Assembly (NCBI RefSeq): GCF_052425735.1
Contig: NC_135770.1
Coordinates: forward strand, 36,642,001-36,706,000
Length of the DNA: 64,000 bases
Reading direction: 5' to 3'
DNA from: Oculina patagonica
Taxonomy: Eukaryota
In this document: positions 12,101 through 23,835 of the stretch, piece after piece
Layout of the letters: the number at the start of each line of letters is the position of its first letter
Numbering within the stretch: position 1 is the stretch's first letter
Notes under the pieces: model-generated
Database searches by the model: none
Seen by the model: the letters and a program-made list of their open reading frames with translations, nothing else
What the model was told of the DNA's origin: nothing
Position numbers and translations under genes: made by a program

Positions 12101-15100
12101 CAATTGCTGCCAAGATAAACAACTCGCTAGATTTTATTATTATAATCAAACTTCAATCTACAACCAACTTTTAATTAAAAAAAAAACTGTGGGGAAAAAG
12201 AAAGCTGACAAAGTTGAATAGGCACTTCACTACAACCAAAGTCAAACGTGGCCCAGGTTCAATTCCTATACAAGTTGAATTAATTTTGTCGTTGGTTCTC
12301 TTGCCTTACTCAGCGGGTTTTTCCTGGGTTTACATGACAGCTTTTTATACCTGCCAATGCTGCGTCATAGAATTCCACACTCCAATCTTGCCTGTGTGAC
12401 TTGTGGCCACAAGTTGGCTTCCAATGAAAAACAGAGCATCTACAGCAACACTCAGGTCAAATGTTCCTGCAACCAGAACATCAAAGAAAAGTTCAGTAGG
12501 AACATTCAAAGCAATGATATGATGGAACCTTGACATAAAAAAGACTGTCTTGTTATTATTACTACTTTCCTTGGCCCAAACAAAAGCCCAGGCAAGGCAC
12601 CACTAGTGATCATTATTGAAATTGACCAACTCCTTAATTTACTGGGAGGCGCGGTGGCCTTGGTTAGCGCGCCGACTCCGAGTTGAACGGCCCGGGTTCG
12701 AGTCCTGGCCGGGGCGTTGCGTTGTGTTCTTGGGCAAGACATTTTACTCTCACAGTGCCTCTCTCCACCCAGGTGTATAAATGGGTACTGGCAAATTTAC
12801 TGCTGGGGGGTAATCCCTGCGATGGACTGGCATCCCCCAGGGGGAGTAGCATACTTTCAGTCACTTAATGCTACAGACCGGGAAAGCTCCGGCTATATGG
12901 GCCACTTGGCTCGGACACAGACTTTACTACCTTTTTTTTACCTTAATTTAGGCTCAATGCAGGTACAGTAGAATCCTGATTTCTCGAACCTCAAGGGCAA
13001 ATGAAAATCGCGGTGGGAGATCAAGAAACCGGGGGTAAAATTACAGAGAAGTACTATCCAAGGGAAATGAAAATTGGTTCGATAAAATCGGGAGTTTCAA
13101 GAAACTGAGCGTTTGAGAAATCAGGATTCTACTGATCATTGTGTTATACTTTTTCCCTTCTCATTATTAGATCCCCAAAAAACATTATCACGCCACATAT
13201 GTGATTAAATATTTAATAATTTACAATAAAAAAGTGACAATCATATAACTCACCAATTTCAAATTTCACAACACCTTGAATATGGTCAGTTGTAGTGAAG
13301 CTCCATAAACGAATTTTACCATCTGAAAAAGAAAGATGATTTCCCATTTAATACATTAAACTAAAACAAAATTCTTGAATCAAATTGTTCTTAGCACGCC
13401 CTATTTATTTACCAAATTGGAGCGTGTGCAGCTTAAGTGTCCGAATAACAAAGTGTCCAATTTTGTCATAGTGAGGATAAATCCCAATAGATTTGCCCTA
13501 TTTTCCTGAGATTTTGTTATACTTATGATTAATTGACAATAAGACTTCATGTTGTTGAATCTGTCTGTAATCATACTCATGATTAAACAAATCAGACTCT
13601 CGTTAATCACTTCTATGATTACAGATTGAATTGGACTCCACTTGTACAGTGTAGCTATAACTAGTCATAATAGCTATGCTTATTTATCACTTTGATAGAA
13701 TATGGAAGACAACAAACAGCATAATAAGCCATCAACATGATTGCATCATTGAATTTAATTCAGTAACTCACCAGATGAAACTGCCAGCATCTTATCACCA
13801 AGAGAACTGGAGGTCACCTTGGCATTCAATGCCATTTTTTCCACACAGTGTTCCAGATAAGGAGTGGAAAATATCAACTCCCAACCAACTGAATCCTTCG
13901 ATCTTAAAACACAAATAGTGGCACATTTAGCAAACAAAACAGTTTAACTGCAGCAGGAATTATTGCTACTTACCTGTAGCAGAACACACAATGAGCAAAA
14001 GCAACAGCTACAAAACTGTGATGTCCTATGACCATCAATACTCTTCTGGGGTCTACATCTGAAGAAAAGAACAAACTTTGTGATTCACTTTTTAACAGTT
14101 CATAGTCATAGTGCCAATTAGTAGAGCTGAAGGTACAGCTGTATTTAATAATGGAGACAGGGAGGTGTGAATGAACCAAAAAAAAAATACCAACAAAATT
14201 TAAGCTTTTTAGACCCCCACCCTGTCATATGTTCCACTGTCCTCCCATGGGTGAGTATAGATATTTTCTGAAAAATATAAATCTTGTGTCAATATTCACC
14301 TGGGGGGCTAGTAGGCCTAATGTGACCCCTTGCTCAATTTGTAACCTTGGGCAAAATACTTGATTACTTTCCTAACATTGTCCCTCGACACTACCAGTTG
14401 CATAAATGGTTCCAGCAAACTTGTAGTGAAAACTGGCAAATATGTTAAGGGGGAGCCTGCGATGGACATCATCATCGTCATTGTCAGCATCGCCATTGCT
14501 GTTGCCCCCATCATCATCATCATTACTGTTTTTGTACCTGTAGTATGCACTACTGACATATTATCGGTGAATGGGGAAAAGTAAATTTAGAAGAGCTCAT
14601 AAATTGACATTCAATAAGATGACTTACAAAAAACTTCTCTTTCCAACTAACCAGAAACTCACCTATAGCTACAGCGTCATCATCATCAGGAATTTCTTTG
14701 ATGCCAAAGTCTCGGTAAGCAGGGGCATTAGTTTCATACCGTGATGCACTGATTACTGTTGACGCAGAGCTTCTTCTTGTGAGAGCAGCTGATGAGGAGT
14801 GTCTTGATATGGAAGGAAGTGGAAACTCTGAGGAAAACAAGTCATGTAAACACAAACATAAATTATAAAATAATTCAGCTCACAATAAACTCTCTGAAAT
14901 AAATATTCTCCATTCTAATACAATGAAAGCTTGCCAGTTCTTGAGCCTACTCCCCCTTCAGACCCACTCCCTATTCAATCTCTCCCTTTCTTTATTCATC
15001 CGTCTCTTTTATAAGATCCACCCAGGCCCACCAAACCCACTATGTAGCTTCAGGGATGTCACTAAGGGCCAGCTGCCGGCTGCTTTCACTGGCTGAAAGA

Positions 15101-18100
15101 GAACTTACCGGTAAATAAATCTGGCTAAAATTTTGCATGAACACGGAGACTTAGGTAAACTTTTAGAGCTGACAAGGCCTTGAAAAGCCAGCTGGGCTTG
15201 TTGACAAGTCGGCTTAGTGTTACAGTTACATTACTCCAGACAGCAAGATACATGCACACAAGACTGTCAACTCAAGTTGTAACCAATCTCACTTACATTG
15301 GAGAACTCTAAATAGGATTTTTATTAGTAAGAGCAATTCGCCCTAAACTATATTTTGTTTAGTCTTACTACAATAAATCCCCCACTCCTTCTGCAGTAAG
15401 TTCTGCCCAAAGATGTGAAAAATACATTCAGTGTTTATCACAAGGATTTATTTAATATCCTTTTAATACCTGGAGTGTTAAGGTATCCATGAAAAAGTAC
15501 ATCACCACATTTGGAATGAGAGACCTCTTCACACAAAGCTAGGCGCTTAGCTGCACAGACAAAGCAAATCAACACTTTTACAAAGTAAATAAATACATAT
15601 TTATTAATAAAATAATAAAAATTTAATCATCTTTATTAGTACTTATTTCGTGTTTTGCAAGATATTTTTTGGTTTTTTTTTTTATTTGGGCAAAAAAAAA
15701 TTATTTAAAAAATTAAAAAATTTTTAAAATTAAAATTTTTTTATTTTTTTTAAAAAAAAAAAAAAAACGGGAAAAAAATAATTTCATGTAGCTTGTTATA
15801 CATGCATTTGTAGTTCTTGAATAAAATTTTGCTGGCTAGCAGGTTTATTAAAACCCTGTTTGTTATCAAATGGTTAATTTTACTAACAAAATATATGCTG
15901 GCCACTTTAAAAAATATCTACACCAATAATATTAGTCATCAAATAGTTAAATTTATCATACCTAGAGGCGTGATGCCATAATACTCAGCTTCATGCTTTA
16001 TAACCCTTAAGTCCAACCCTCTGCAATTTAAATTATGTTACGTAGATAAGACATTACAAATTTTATACTAAGGTTTTTAGCAGGCCCATGTAACATTTAA
16101 AATGCACATTAAAACAGTTCTGTGACTGCCTTGGTAAGTGTTTGGAATAAGCAGATACTCTGAGAGCACCATACAGAAAGAAGGAAAACTGTTTGAAACT
16201 ACTTACATGTATTCATTATTGTCGTCTTTGTGCCAGCAGCTCAGGGGCATTAAGGACACACATGTAATACCAACACACACAGAAAAACTTTTTCCCATTA
16301 ATCTTACTTTTTAAATGCCTCTGACACACTTTCAAGAGGGAATTCTTTGCAAGGGGTGTAAAAACTGGAACAGAGGTGCCTGCAGCAGCAGCAGAAGCTA
16401 GAACAGCCTGGAAACAGGGGGTACACAGTCCAATTCTCCATTCAGAGGAGATAATGGACAAATGTTGATGATTCGCTTTGCACTGAACCAAGTACATTAA
16501 CCTAAATAATGTAATGGTTTAAATTTATCTTTGGTTTAAAATTTTTTGAACCAGTTTGATTTTTGTTTTCCATTGTCTCAAGTCATTATCATAATCTGAG
16601 AAAAAGGGAAATAAAAATCAAACTGGTTTGAAAAAATTTAGACCAAAGACAAATTTAAACCACAACATAGAACGATTTATTGTAAAAGAGCATCCCTACC
16701 TTGCATCAAGCTCCTTAGTTCTAAGAAAATTCAATATGGGTACGAAAGCTTCAGGATCTCTGTCAATAAATATCTATTTTGAAAAATAATAATAATAATA
16801 ATTAGCCCTAGGCCTCAGAAAGTAAACTCATTAAATTAGCATACCAAGCTTCTACAGTATAAGTCGTTTTTGGGCTGGGTTTGGGTTAGTTTTGGAATAA
16901 TTTTGATTTTAAATTAAAAAAAAAAAAAAAAAAGGACAGTAAATGGTTTGAGCCCAGGAGTATCAGTAGCCTCTGCTCAGGTTGTCTAATGTCAGTGACC
17001 ACCTTCACCCTGACGATCACATCATACAAACTATGTTAAGAATAGCGAAATAAAAAGAACTGGATTAAACAAAAATATTGATGCATATTTGACGTTCAAA
17101 ATCAGAAAGAAAGACCAGTTATGTACAGCAGGAGCATTTTTGATACTTTTTAACCTACTAGGCACAAATTCTCATAATTAAATACAATGGTTAACTTACC
17201 GCTCCTGTCTCATCTCTAAGAGATGAAATTCTTCCACTTAGTAAACTAGAAGAGAAAACAAGAAATAAATGTAAAGTCACATATTTTATACTTTACAATA
17301 AATATTTATCACATGTACATGTCTGTAGTACTGCTACAAGTTGGGTCCTGTTAACTTGAATCTTCAAGGGGGGGGGATTGAGTTATCAAGGATTAAATTA
17401 GTAAGAAAATAAACTGGAGGGGAATCAAAAAAGGTTTGAGTTAGCAGAAGGTTCAAGTTAACAAGCGTCCAAGTTGGAGAAAAATGTTCCAGTTGGTGAC
17501 ACAATCCTGCCTCCGCAACAGGCATACATCTGCGGTGCTTGTCCCTGAAGTTGCTATGCAACATGACATGTTTGCTCACACGATTACTTTCGAGTCCGGG
17601 TCACCCTAGTTTTTGATAACATGAAAAAAATTGGAAAACTTTTGAGCGCTTGAATAAAGATTTGCCAAAACTGGCACTTGTTCTCCCGACTAATTAGTTG
17701 TCAAAATACCAGATCTCTCAATGTGGAATCAAACAAGCCACTATACCAGTTACAAACTTTTCTCCAACATTAAAGACAGTCATATAAAGTAGTGCAAACT
17801 TATCTGTTGCAGCCATAAGGCTAACAATTACTGTGACAGCCACTTTGTTGGAAAAAGAGAATGCTTGTAATTACTGCCATGTTTACCACAGGCAGCCCAG
17901 GCTCTGGCTTTGTTAATAATTTGCAACGGTCGTTGTCGGTTCGACTCAAGCAATCGAAAAATATGCTTCATAAATCGATGAATTTGAGATCTTTCGTTCC
18001 TTAATTTCAATAAACTGTAAGCCAGATAAATAAAGATCACTTACCTATTGTCGATTGTGTGTTATTGTGTGAATTTGTGGGGTTTTGGGACGATTAATTC

Positions 18101-20326
18101 CTCACTTGCCGCTGACGCCCCCTACTAATACCAAAGAAAAAGACAAGGCATACAGCTCCAACGCCGCCAAATCCCGACACAGCCCCAAATTTCTCCAATT
18201 TCTCATATTTCCACGCACGCCACCAGCGGGAATAGAACAGTTCGGCGAAAACCAGCAATCGCTCCGTAACGACCCAAACAGCCGCCGCGATTCACAGACA
18301 AGAATACGCCATCGTCAAAGGAGTGGCGCAACGTCGCCGATCATATCAAGGTCAGACCAGGAACGAAAATAAACCCCCCCTCCACGGAGCGGTGCGATAA
18401 AAAGAATTTCTATCTGACTCCCATTGCAACATCGGCAAATAATCGATAAATACCAAGCTGGGACTGGCAACGTTGAATGGGAGTCCACATTGGAAGTTCT
18501 TTCCCGCACACGCCGCGCTGTGGGGAGGGGTAGAATGTTTATTTGTCGCTTGCACGCTTATATGATCGCCGACGTTGCGCCACATCCTCTGACGATGGCG
18601 TATTCTTGTCGAATGTGAAAATTTTGCGGTGGCTGTTTGGGTTGTTAGAACCGAGCGATTGCAACGGTTTTTGGCCGAAAGCTTGGTAATTTATCGAACT
18701 ATAATTGCCCAAAGCTGGATGGCGAAGCGACGCGTGGAAATATGAGAAATTGGAAAAATTCGGGGCCGTGTCTGGATTTGGCGGCGTTGGAAGCTGCATG
18801 CCTTGTCTCTTTCTTTGGTATTAGTAGGGGGCGTCAGCGGCAAGTGAGGAATTAATCGTCCCAAAACCCCACAAAATCACACAATAACACACAATCGACA
18901 ATAGGTAAGTATCTTATTTATCTGGCTTACAGTTTATTGAAATTAAGGAACGAAAGATCTCAAATTTATCGATTTATGAGCATATTTTTCGATCGCTGAG
19001 TCGAACCGACAGCGATGTTGCAAATTATTAACGAAGCCAGAGCCTGGGCTGCCTGTGTGTTTACTTTGAAAAATTGGAAAGCGTGGTGGCCTAACGATTA
19101 GTGCGCTGGACTCTGGATCAAGTGGTCCAGGTTTGAGCCCTGGCCAGGGGGGGCACTGTGTTTTTTGGTGGGAGGGGGGTGGGGCACTGTTTGTTTTTGG
19201 GCAAGACACTTTACTCTTATAGTGTCTCTCTCTACCCAGGTGTATAAAAGGGTACCGGTGAATTTACTGCTACGGGTAACCTTGTGATGGACTAGCATCT
19301 CATCCAGGGGAGGGGTAGAAATACTCCTAGCTGCTTTATGCGACAGAAACCGGGATAAGCTCTGGCCTGATGAGCCATTAGCTAGGCTTGAAAGCAGGCT
19401 TTAATAACTTACCTTGAAAAAAATGAGTCTGGAATCCATGTTAGAGTCTGCTTGGAGGTTGAAAACCTGCAAACATTCAACAAGTCACACTGTATAAAAT
19501 GTTTATTACTGAGTTTAAAATTTATCATCTTTATTATTTACTACACACTTGATGATTTCGTAATTGCTGATCCTAGCAGTATACAGGACGTGTGTCACAT
19601 ATCAACCTAGCAAATGGCCCAGCTCACCACAAGTCTCTCGTAGCTCAGCTGCGGTATCTGGGAGGCCATGGGGTTGTATTTCCTTCAGGGACTCAGAATT
19701 TTTCTTTGTCCCACTCTTGTGTCATGTTGAACAATTCTTCTCCAAAATTAAAATTTTATAAATTTTTGTTTAGATGTACACACTAGCTATTTCAGCTTTC
19801 ACTGAATACTTATTACCGTACAACTGATTACATTGTTTGACCAGCATTTTGATTGTCTGTCACCATACATGTAGCAAGTGACCCAAGTGATAACACTTAA
19901 AATTTCCTACTTTCAATTCGTCCTCATTAAAAAAAACCCTAAAACTAAGAAATTGTAAGCTTATAAACGTGATTAGAGCTTACAAGTTCCAACTCAGTGT
20001 TCACTTCGGCATTCTTGTAAGTTGGAATATTAAAAGTAACGTAACTACAAGTTTAGTTTTCGATTGCAAGAAATCGGAGAAAATAATGGTTTTCCTTTCT
20101 TGAGAAAAAAGAGCAACTTTACTACTGTAGTATAAGCTTGAGTTTACATTTGACGTATAGCATCATGCAACAGCTAGATATCCAGCTAGAACGAAAACAC
20201 TTTCTGCCAGATTTCTACAGCCTTGCGAAAGGCTTTCTCGCTAAAGTGCAGAATTATGAGAATTATGTTGAATGGTACTTACTTTCTTCCACCAACATTG
20301 AGGGTAATGATTTCGCCGAAGCTCAT
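7300..20326 (-). CDS. KCTD3: BTB/POZ domain protein of the KCTD3/SHKBP1 family (N-terminal BTB + WD40-like propeller), about 662 aa
   Basis: Coding exons on the minus strand: 20283-20326 ([14 protein letters not shown]), 19413-19466 ([17 protein letters not shown]), 17200-17245, 16700-16773 ([22 protein letters not shown]), 15962-16020, 15470-15550, 14663-14827, 13974-14058, 13772-13902, 13254-13322, 12351-12466, 11738-11825, 10952-11068 ([20 protein letters not shown]), 9502-9828 ([13 protein letters not shown]...[18 protein letters not shown]), 8841-8937 ([15 protein letters not shown]), 8314-8446, 7986-8043, 7300-7544. All introns are GT-AG and the total is 1989 nt, in frame. Likely co-orthologue of vertebrate KCTD3 and SHKBP1. 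Confidence 0.95.
9116..9171. repeat. Poly-T tract
   Basis: About 55-nt T run with one G; the source of the spurious poly-Phe ORF. Confidence 0.9.
9887..10134. mobile_element. Palindromic tRNA-derived repeat (two tRNA-like heads in inverted orientation)
   Basis: CAACGGGATTTGAACCCATGACCT...CTCTACCAACT on the left and AGTTGGTAGAG...AGGTCATGGGTTCAAATCCCGTTG on the right; A/B-box-like motifs on opposite strands. Confidence 0.65.
11511..11663. mobile_element. Palindromic MITE (CCCAGTTGTTCAAAGGGTGGATAA family); second copy at about 30740-30882
   Basis: Inverted termini CCAGTTGTTCAAAGGGTGGATAA / TTATCCACCCTTTGAACAACTGG; a related copy lies in a UGP2 intron. Confidence 0.75.
12644..12930 (+). mobile_element. 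tRNA-derived SINE with CORE(MIR)-like central domain
   Basis: A-box-like GGTGGCCTTGGTTAG, B-box GGTTCGAGTCC, then TTGGGCAAGACATTTTACTCTCACAGTGCCTC...TATAAATGGG resembling the CORE domain. Related copies at about 19078-19405, 14340-14465, 11180-11400 and 5935-6070. Confidence 0.75.
12963..13134. mobile_element. Tc1/mariner-type MITE (CAGTAGAATCC...GGATTCTACTG); related copy at about 9302-9463
   Basis: Inverted termini with a TA-like flank and internal TTCTCGAA/CGAGAAA repeats. Confidence 0.6.
17887..19057. mobile_element. 1171-bp non-autonomous foldback DNA transposon with very long TIRs (P-superfamily-like)
   Basis: Termini CACAGGCAGCCCAGGCTCTGGC / GCCAGAGCCTGGGCTGCCTGTG. Inverted arms extend about 465-500 bp (to about 18352 and from about 18556). 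7-bp TSD TGTTTAC at 17880-17886 and 19058-19064. CA..TG ends plus a 7-bp TSD fit P elements; the superfamily call is inference. Confidence 0.85.
19078..19405 (+). mobile_element. CORE-like tRNA-derived SINE (same family as 12644)
   Basis: Colinear with 12644-12930: GGTGGCCTAA...TTGGGCAAGACACTTTACTCT...CCAGGTGTATAAAAGGGTAC...GAAACCGGGATAAGCTC. Confidence 0.75.
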
Positions 20327-20329
20327 CTC

Positions 20330-20500
20330 CCATCAAATGTTTTCTGATTATTCTCAGTTGTCAAAATTTCGCCATTATTTCACCTGTCCGCATTATTTTC
20401 AAGATGGCGTCCGGTTATATACAATAGAAGGAGCGTTTTCATTGGTCACTTTGAGGCCATGACGTAATGCCCCTTTCTGGGAAGTCCATATAAAACTGGG
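20330..20500 (-). promoter_or_regulatory. Putative KCTD3 promoter/5' UTR region
   Basis: Immediately upstream of the start codon; contains a YY1-type CAAGATGGCG (about 20400) and a CRE-like TGACGTAA (about 20460). Function inferred. Confidence 0.35.
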
Positions 20501-20609
20501 AGGATTTTGACTTCCTTCCAGTCTGATTTGTTTTCAAGTTCTTGATTCATTTGTTCAGGCAAAATTATTCCCTTTTTTGGCGTTTTTTGATCTCAGGCCT
20601 CTCCAACTG

Positions 20610-20821
20610 TAGACTGTTCATAGCCTCTCTAGTTTCAACGCAAAAGAACGCGTAAGAAAGTTCAAGAAACAATCAGCGGAGCGAGCACAAAGCACGAGGG
20701 GGTGGGGGTGGAGGTATTTCTCCACTCCTTTGCGCCTACCAGTTTTTCTCTCGCGATTTTTTCCCGCGTTCCCCTTCAACGAAAAAGAAATGCGACAAAA
20801 TAGAGGGCTGTGAACAGTCTA
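20610..20821. mobile_element. MITE with TAG..CTA termini (Academ-like)
   Basis: TAGACTGTTCATAGCC / GGCTGTGAACAGTCTA; degenerate 9-bp flanking repeat CTCCAACTG / CTTCAACAG. Confidence 0.55.
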
Positions 20822-21566
20822 CTTCAACAGTTTTTAGGTGTGTTATTTTTTAAAAAATAACATACTTAGGACACAGGACGGAAGAAGGCTAAGTGGATGA
20901 AACGAGATAAAACGCGTAGTCCACACTTTGTCACGGTTCTGTTGTTTTTTTGGTGCAATGTGTGATGCGGGGCATGCACGAGATATAAATTATGCGTGAT
21001 GCCGGGCACGAGCACTGACCCCGTTCTTCCAGTGCGAATTGAATTGCAGATATACTAAAAGAAGACAAAGTGACTGAAACTCGAGTTTTATTTTCAATTT
21101 GCAAGTTTCAGATTTGTAGATAAGAAGTGATACTTGACCGTCGACCATTGAAAAACACATTGAGTTTACGGAAATAAACAAATCAGTTTGTATTGTATCG
21201 CCGACAGATTTCTTTTTAATAATCTGATTGGCTATCAGCGGGCCTGATTTGAGCTCTATAAATAGGTTAGAAACGCGCTACTCCACTCGGTCCTGTTACA
21301 GGTTTTTGTTATTAATCGTAACTATAGCGAAATTCTCGAAGACGATTTTTTTTGATTAGCAAGCCCTACTTGAGCTTTATCAGACAAATAAGCGAAATAT
21401 TTTAACGAGGTTTGAAAACCCCATTGCAAAAAACCTCTAAGTTCGTGACATGATTTGATTTGATGATTTTTTTTACCATCTCCGAGCATTTCAACAGTAC
21501 ACAGCACGGCGGGCAAAGACCAGACCACAACACCGGGAACTCCATGCCCTACTCTTTACGATAAGT

Positions 21567-23588
21567 GTGTGGGTTCTTTTATGTCCCCTGCTGACCACAA
21601 CACTGAAGATGCAGGAGACGAGGCCTACGGTTTATCGTCCTTATCCGATATTTGCAGATGTCATTGCGAAGGCAGTACATTCTCGGAGAATGGGAGGTAA
21701 ACAAGAACTGTGGGACAATTATCGCAAGTTAAAGAACTTAACTAACAGGAAAATGAAGGCGGCTGAGGCTTTGTATTACAAAAAATTAATTGAATCCGCC
21801 CAAGGCCCTAAAGAGATGTGGCGCACATTGAATTCAGCTTTGGGAAAAAAGAAAGTTGAAAATTTGACATTTCAACTGCAGGAAGGTGTACGTATTATAT
21901 CAGAACCTAAAGCTGTCGCCTCTAAATTCAACAAGTTCTTTGCAACCATTGGATGTCGCATTGCCAAAAAATTGTTCTTCGTATCAAAGGATGCCTGGAA
22001 GAAATACGAATCTGCTGTCCAAACTGATGATGAAAATCTATGCGAACTTCATTGTGTCAGTTCTAAAGTTGTTTCTAAGATTTTGCACTCATTGAAGGTC
22101 AACAAGGCAGCTGGACTAGACAAAATACCGGCAAGATTGGTGAGAGATGCCGAAGAGGAGCTTGCTCCCTCAATAACATATCTCATTAATAAATCGATCA
22201 CAGACGCAACTGTTCCTGCCTTATGGAAGGTCGCACGTGTAACCCCTCTGTATAAAGCTGAAGACAAACTTTTGGTTGAAAACTATAGGCCTATTTCTGT
22301 GCTGCCGGTTCTAAGTAAAGTTTTGGAAAGAGTGATACACACACAAATGAGTGCTTATCTAGATCACCTGGGCTGGTTATACAAACATCAGTATGGATTT
22401 AGACGCGGGCGTAGTACGACACAAGCTGTGGGTCAACTGAACAACTCTGTGCTTGATGCCATGGATGGAGGAAAAGTCGCTGGTATGCTATTTCTCGATA
22501 TATCCAAGGCATTCGACTCTATAAATCACAAGATACTCCTGGGAAAGCTTGAACACATAGGACTAGCAGCAAGGAGTCTGAGATGGTTTAAATCGTATCT
22601 TGCAGACAGATGGCAATGCGTGTGTATAAACGGGGAGGTATCAGAGACTTGCCCTATTGACCTAGGTGTGCCACAAGGAAGTATCCTAGGCCCGCTTCTA
22701 TTTAATGTTTACATTAACAGCTTGTCAGCTGCTGTAACGAAGAGTGAACTCCTACTGTATGCGGATGATGCTGTTTTAATAGCTGCTGCGTCGACACCCC
22801 AAGAGCTTAATGATGCCCTTCGACATGACTTCACCCTAATCTCCGACTGGTACACCAACAACAAGTTAACGCTTAACGTGAAGAAGACTAAACTGATGCT
22901 TTCGGGTAGCAAGACAATGTTGTCTCGGTTTAACGACTTCCAGTTTTCTACTGATGAAGGGCAAATAAATCGTGTTTCGTCTTTCAAGTATCTAGGCGTA
23001 TTATTGGATGAGAGATGGAAATGGAAAATGCACGTCAATAGCCTCTTACAAAAATTAGGACATCGCCTGTCAGTCTTTAATCGAATCTATCATATGCTGG
23101 ATCAGAAAAGTCTCATGGCATATTTTAATGGCCTTGTCCTACCACACCTAGATTACGCAGATATTGTCTGGGGTGACCAGCCTGGTCTTGCAACACAGAT
23201 GACACAATTACAGTCTTTTCAAAATCGTTTTGCGAAGAAGATCGTTAAGTCGAAAATGTCATCAGCAGAGGCCCTGACGTCGTTGCGGTGGGTGTCTTTA
23301 AATGCGAGGCGGTTCGGTCATCGGTGTTGTGTTGTGCAAGATGCAATGAAAGGTAGCATCCCCGAACATTTCGGTGTTTTCAGATCCACCATGAACCAAC
23401 AACACGGTTATAATACCCGAAATGGCTACATGCCCAAAGTCAGTAGGCCAAGAACGGAATGGGGAAAATGCAAAACATTTTATAAAGCCATTAATGACTG
23501 GGCCACACTACCTAGTGTTTTAAAGAAACTGATGCCGAAAACTATTTTTAAATACAAACTGAAACAGTTTTTATTAAATCATTTTTAA
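21567..23588 (+). CDS. Non-LTR retrotransposon reverse transcriptase (ORF2 fragment lacking the endonuclease); first 39 codons or so come from antisense SINE sequence
   Basis: Motifs KAAGLDKIP, NYRPISVLP, QYGFRRGRST, FLDISKAFD, GVPQGSILGPLLF, YADD, FKYLG; no stops over 673 codons. Confidence 0.9.
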   Translation: MWVLLCPLLTTTLKMQETRPTVYRPYPIFADVIAKAVHSRRMGGKQELWDNYRKLKNLTNRKMKAAEALYYKKLIESAQGPKEMWRTLNSALGKKKVENLTFQLQEGVRIISEPKAVASKFNKFFATIGCRIAKKLFFVSKDAWKKYESAVQTDDENLCELHCVSSKVVSKILHSLKVNKAAGLDKIPARLVRDAEEELAPSITYLINKSITDATVPALWKVARVTPLYKAEDKLLVENYRPISVLPVLSKVLERVIHTQMSAYLDHLGWLYKHQYGFRRGRSTTQAVGQLNNSVLDAMDGGKVAGMLFLDISKAFDSINHKILLGKLEHIGLAARSLRWFKSYLADRWQCVCINGEVSETCPIDLGVPQGSILGPLLFNVYINSLSAAVTKSELLLYADDAVLIAAASTPQELNDALRHDFTLISDWYTNNKLTLNVKKTKLMLSGSKTMLSRFNDFQFSTDEGQINRVSSFKYLGVLLDERWKWKMHVNSLLQKLGHRLSVFNRIYHMLDQKSLMAYFNGLVLPHLDYADIVWGDQPGLATQMTQLQSFQNRFAKKIVKSKMSSAEALTSLRWVSLNARRFGHRCCVVQDAMKGSIPEHFGVFRSTMNQQHGYNTRNGYMPKVSRPRTEWGKCKTFYKAINDWATLPSVLKKLMPKTIFKYKLKQFLLNHF

Positions 23589-23793
23589 CCTTAGTTAGTA
23601 GTATTTTAATTCTTGCTCTAATTTTTAATCTTAGTTAGCGTACCGCATAGGTTTCATCTTTTTATTATATTTTAGATTTTAATGTATTTTAAGGTTAAAC
23701 ATTTATTTTTTCAGAGGACCCTCCTGAAAACCACCCCTAGGTGATTGGAGGCCTCCTCTTAAAATATTATGTATTATTATTATTATTATTATT
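21685..23793 (+). mobile_element. 5'-truncated CR1/L2-group (Crack/Daphne-like) LINE
   Basis: Intact RT-coding frame, AT-rich 3' UTR with a short stem-loop near 23715-23758, (TAT)n tail at about 23773-23793, and TSD ATTCTC at 21679-21684 and 23794-23799. Confidence 0.9.
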
Positions 23794-23800
23794 ATTCTCT

Positions 23801-23835
<35 letters not shown>

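Noticed and set aside
14317-14584. Poly-Met and poly-Ile hydrophobic ORFs
   Set aside because: Produced by an (ATC)n microsatellite next to a SINE fragment in a KCTD3 intron.
16960-17035. Relic resembling Penelope-type hammerhead repeats (also about 54495-54535, minus strand)
   Set aside because: Core CUGANGA/GAAA positions are mutated; at most an inactive fragment.
18108-18127. CTCF-like motif (TAGTAGGGGGCGTC) in both arms of the foldback element
   Set aside because: Only a partial match, and CTCF is considered bilaterian-specific while this DNA looks cnidarian.
19360-19405. CTGATGA...GAAA hammerhead-like motif
   Set aside because: No stem I pairing, extra bases before GAAA, and it is the ordinary 3' end of the CORE-like SINE.
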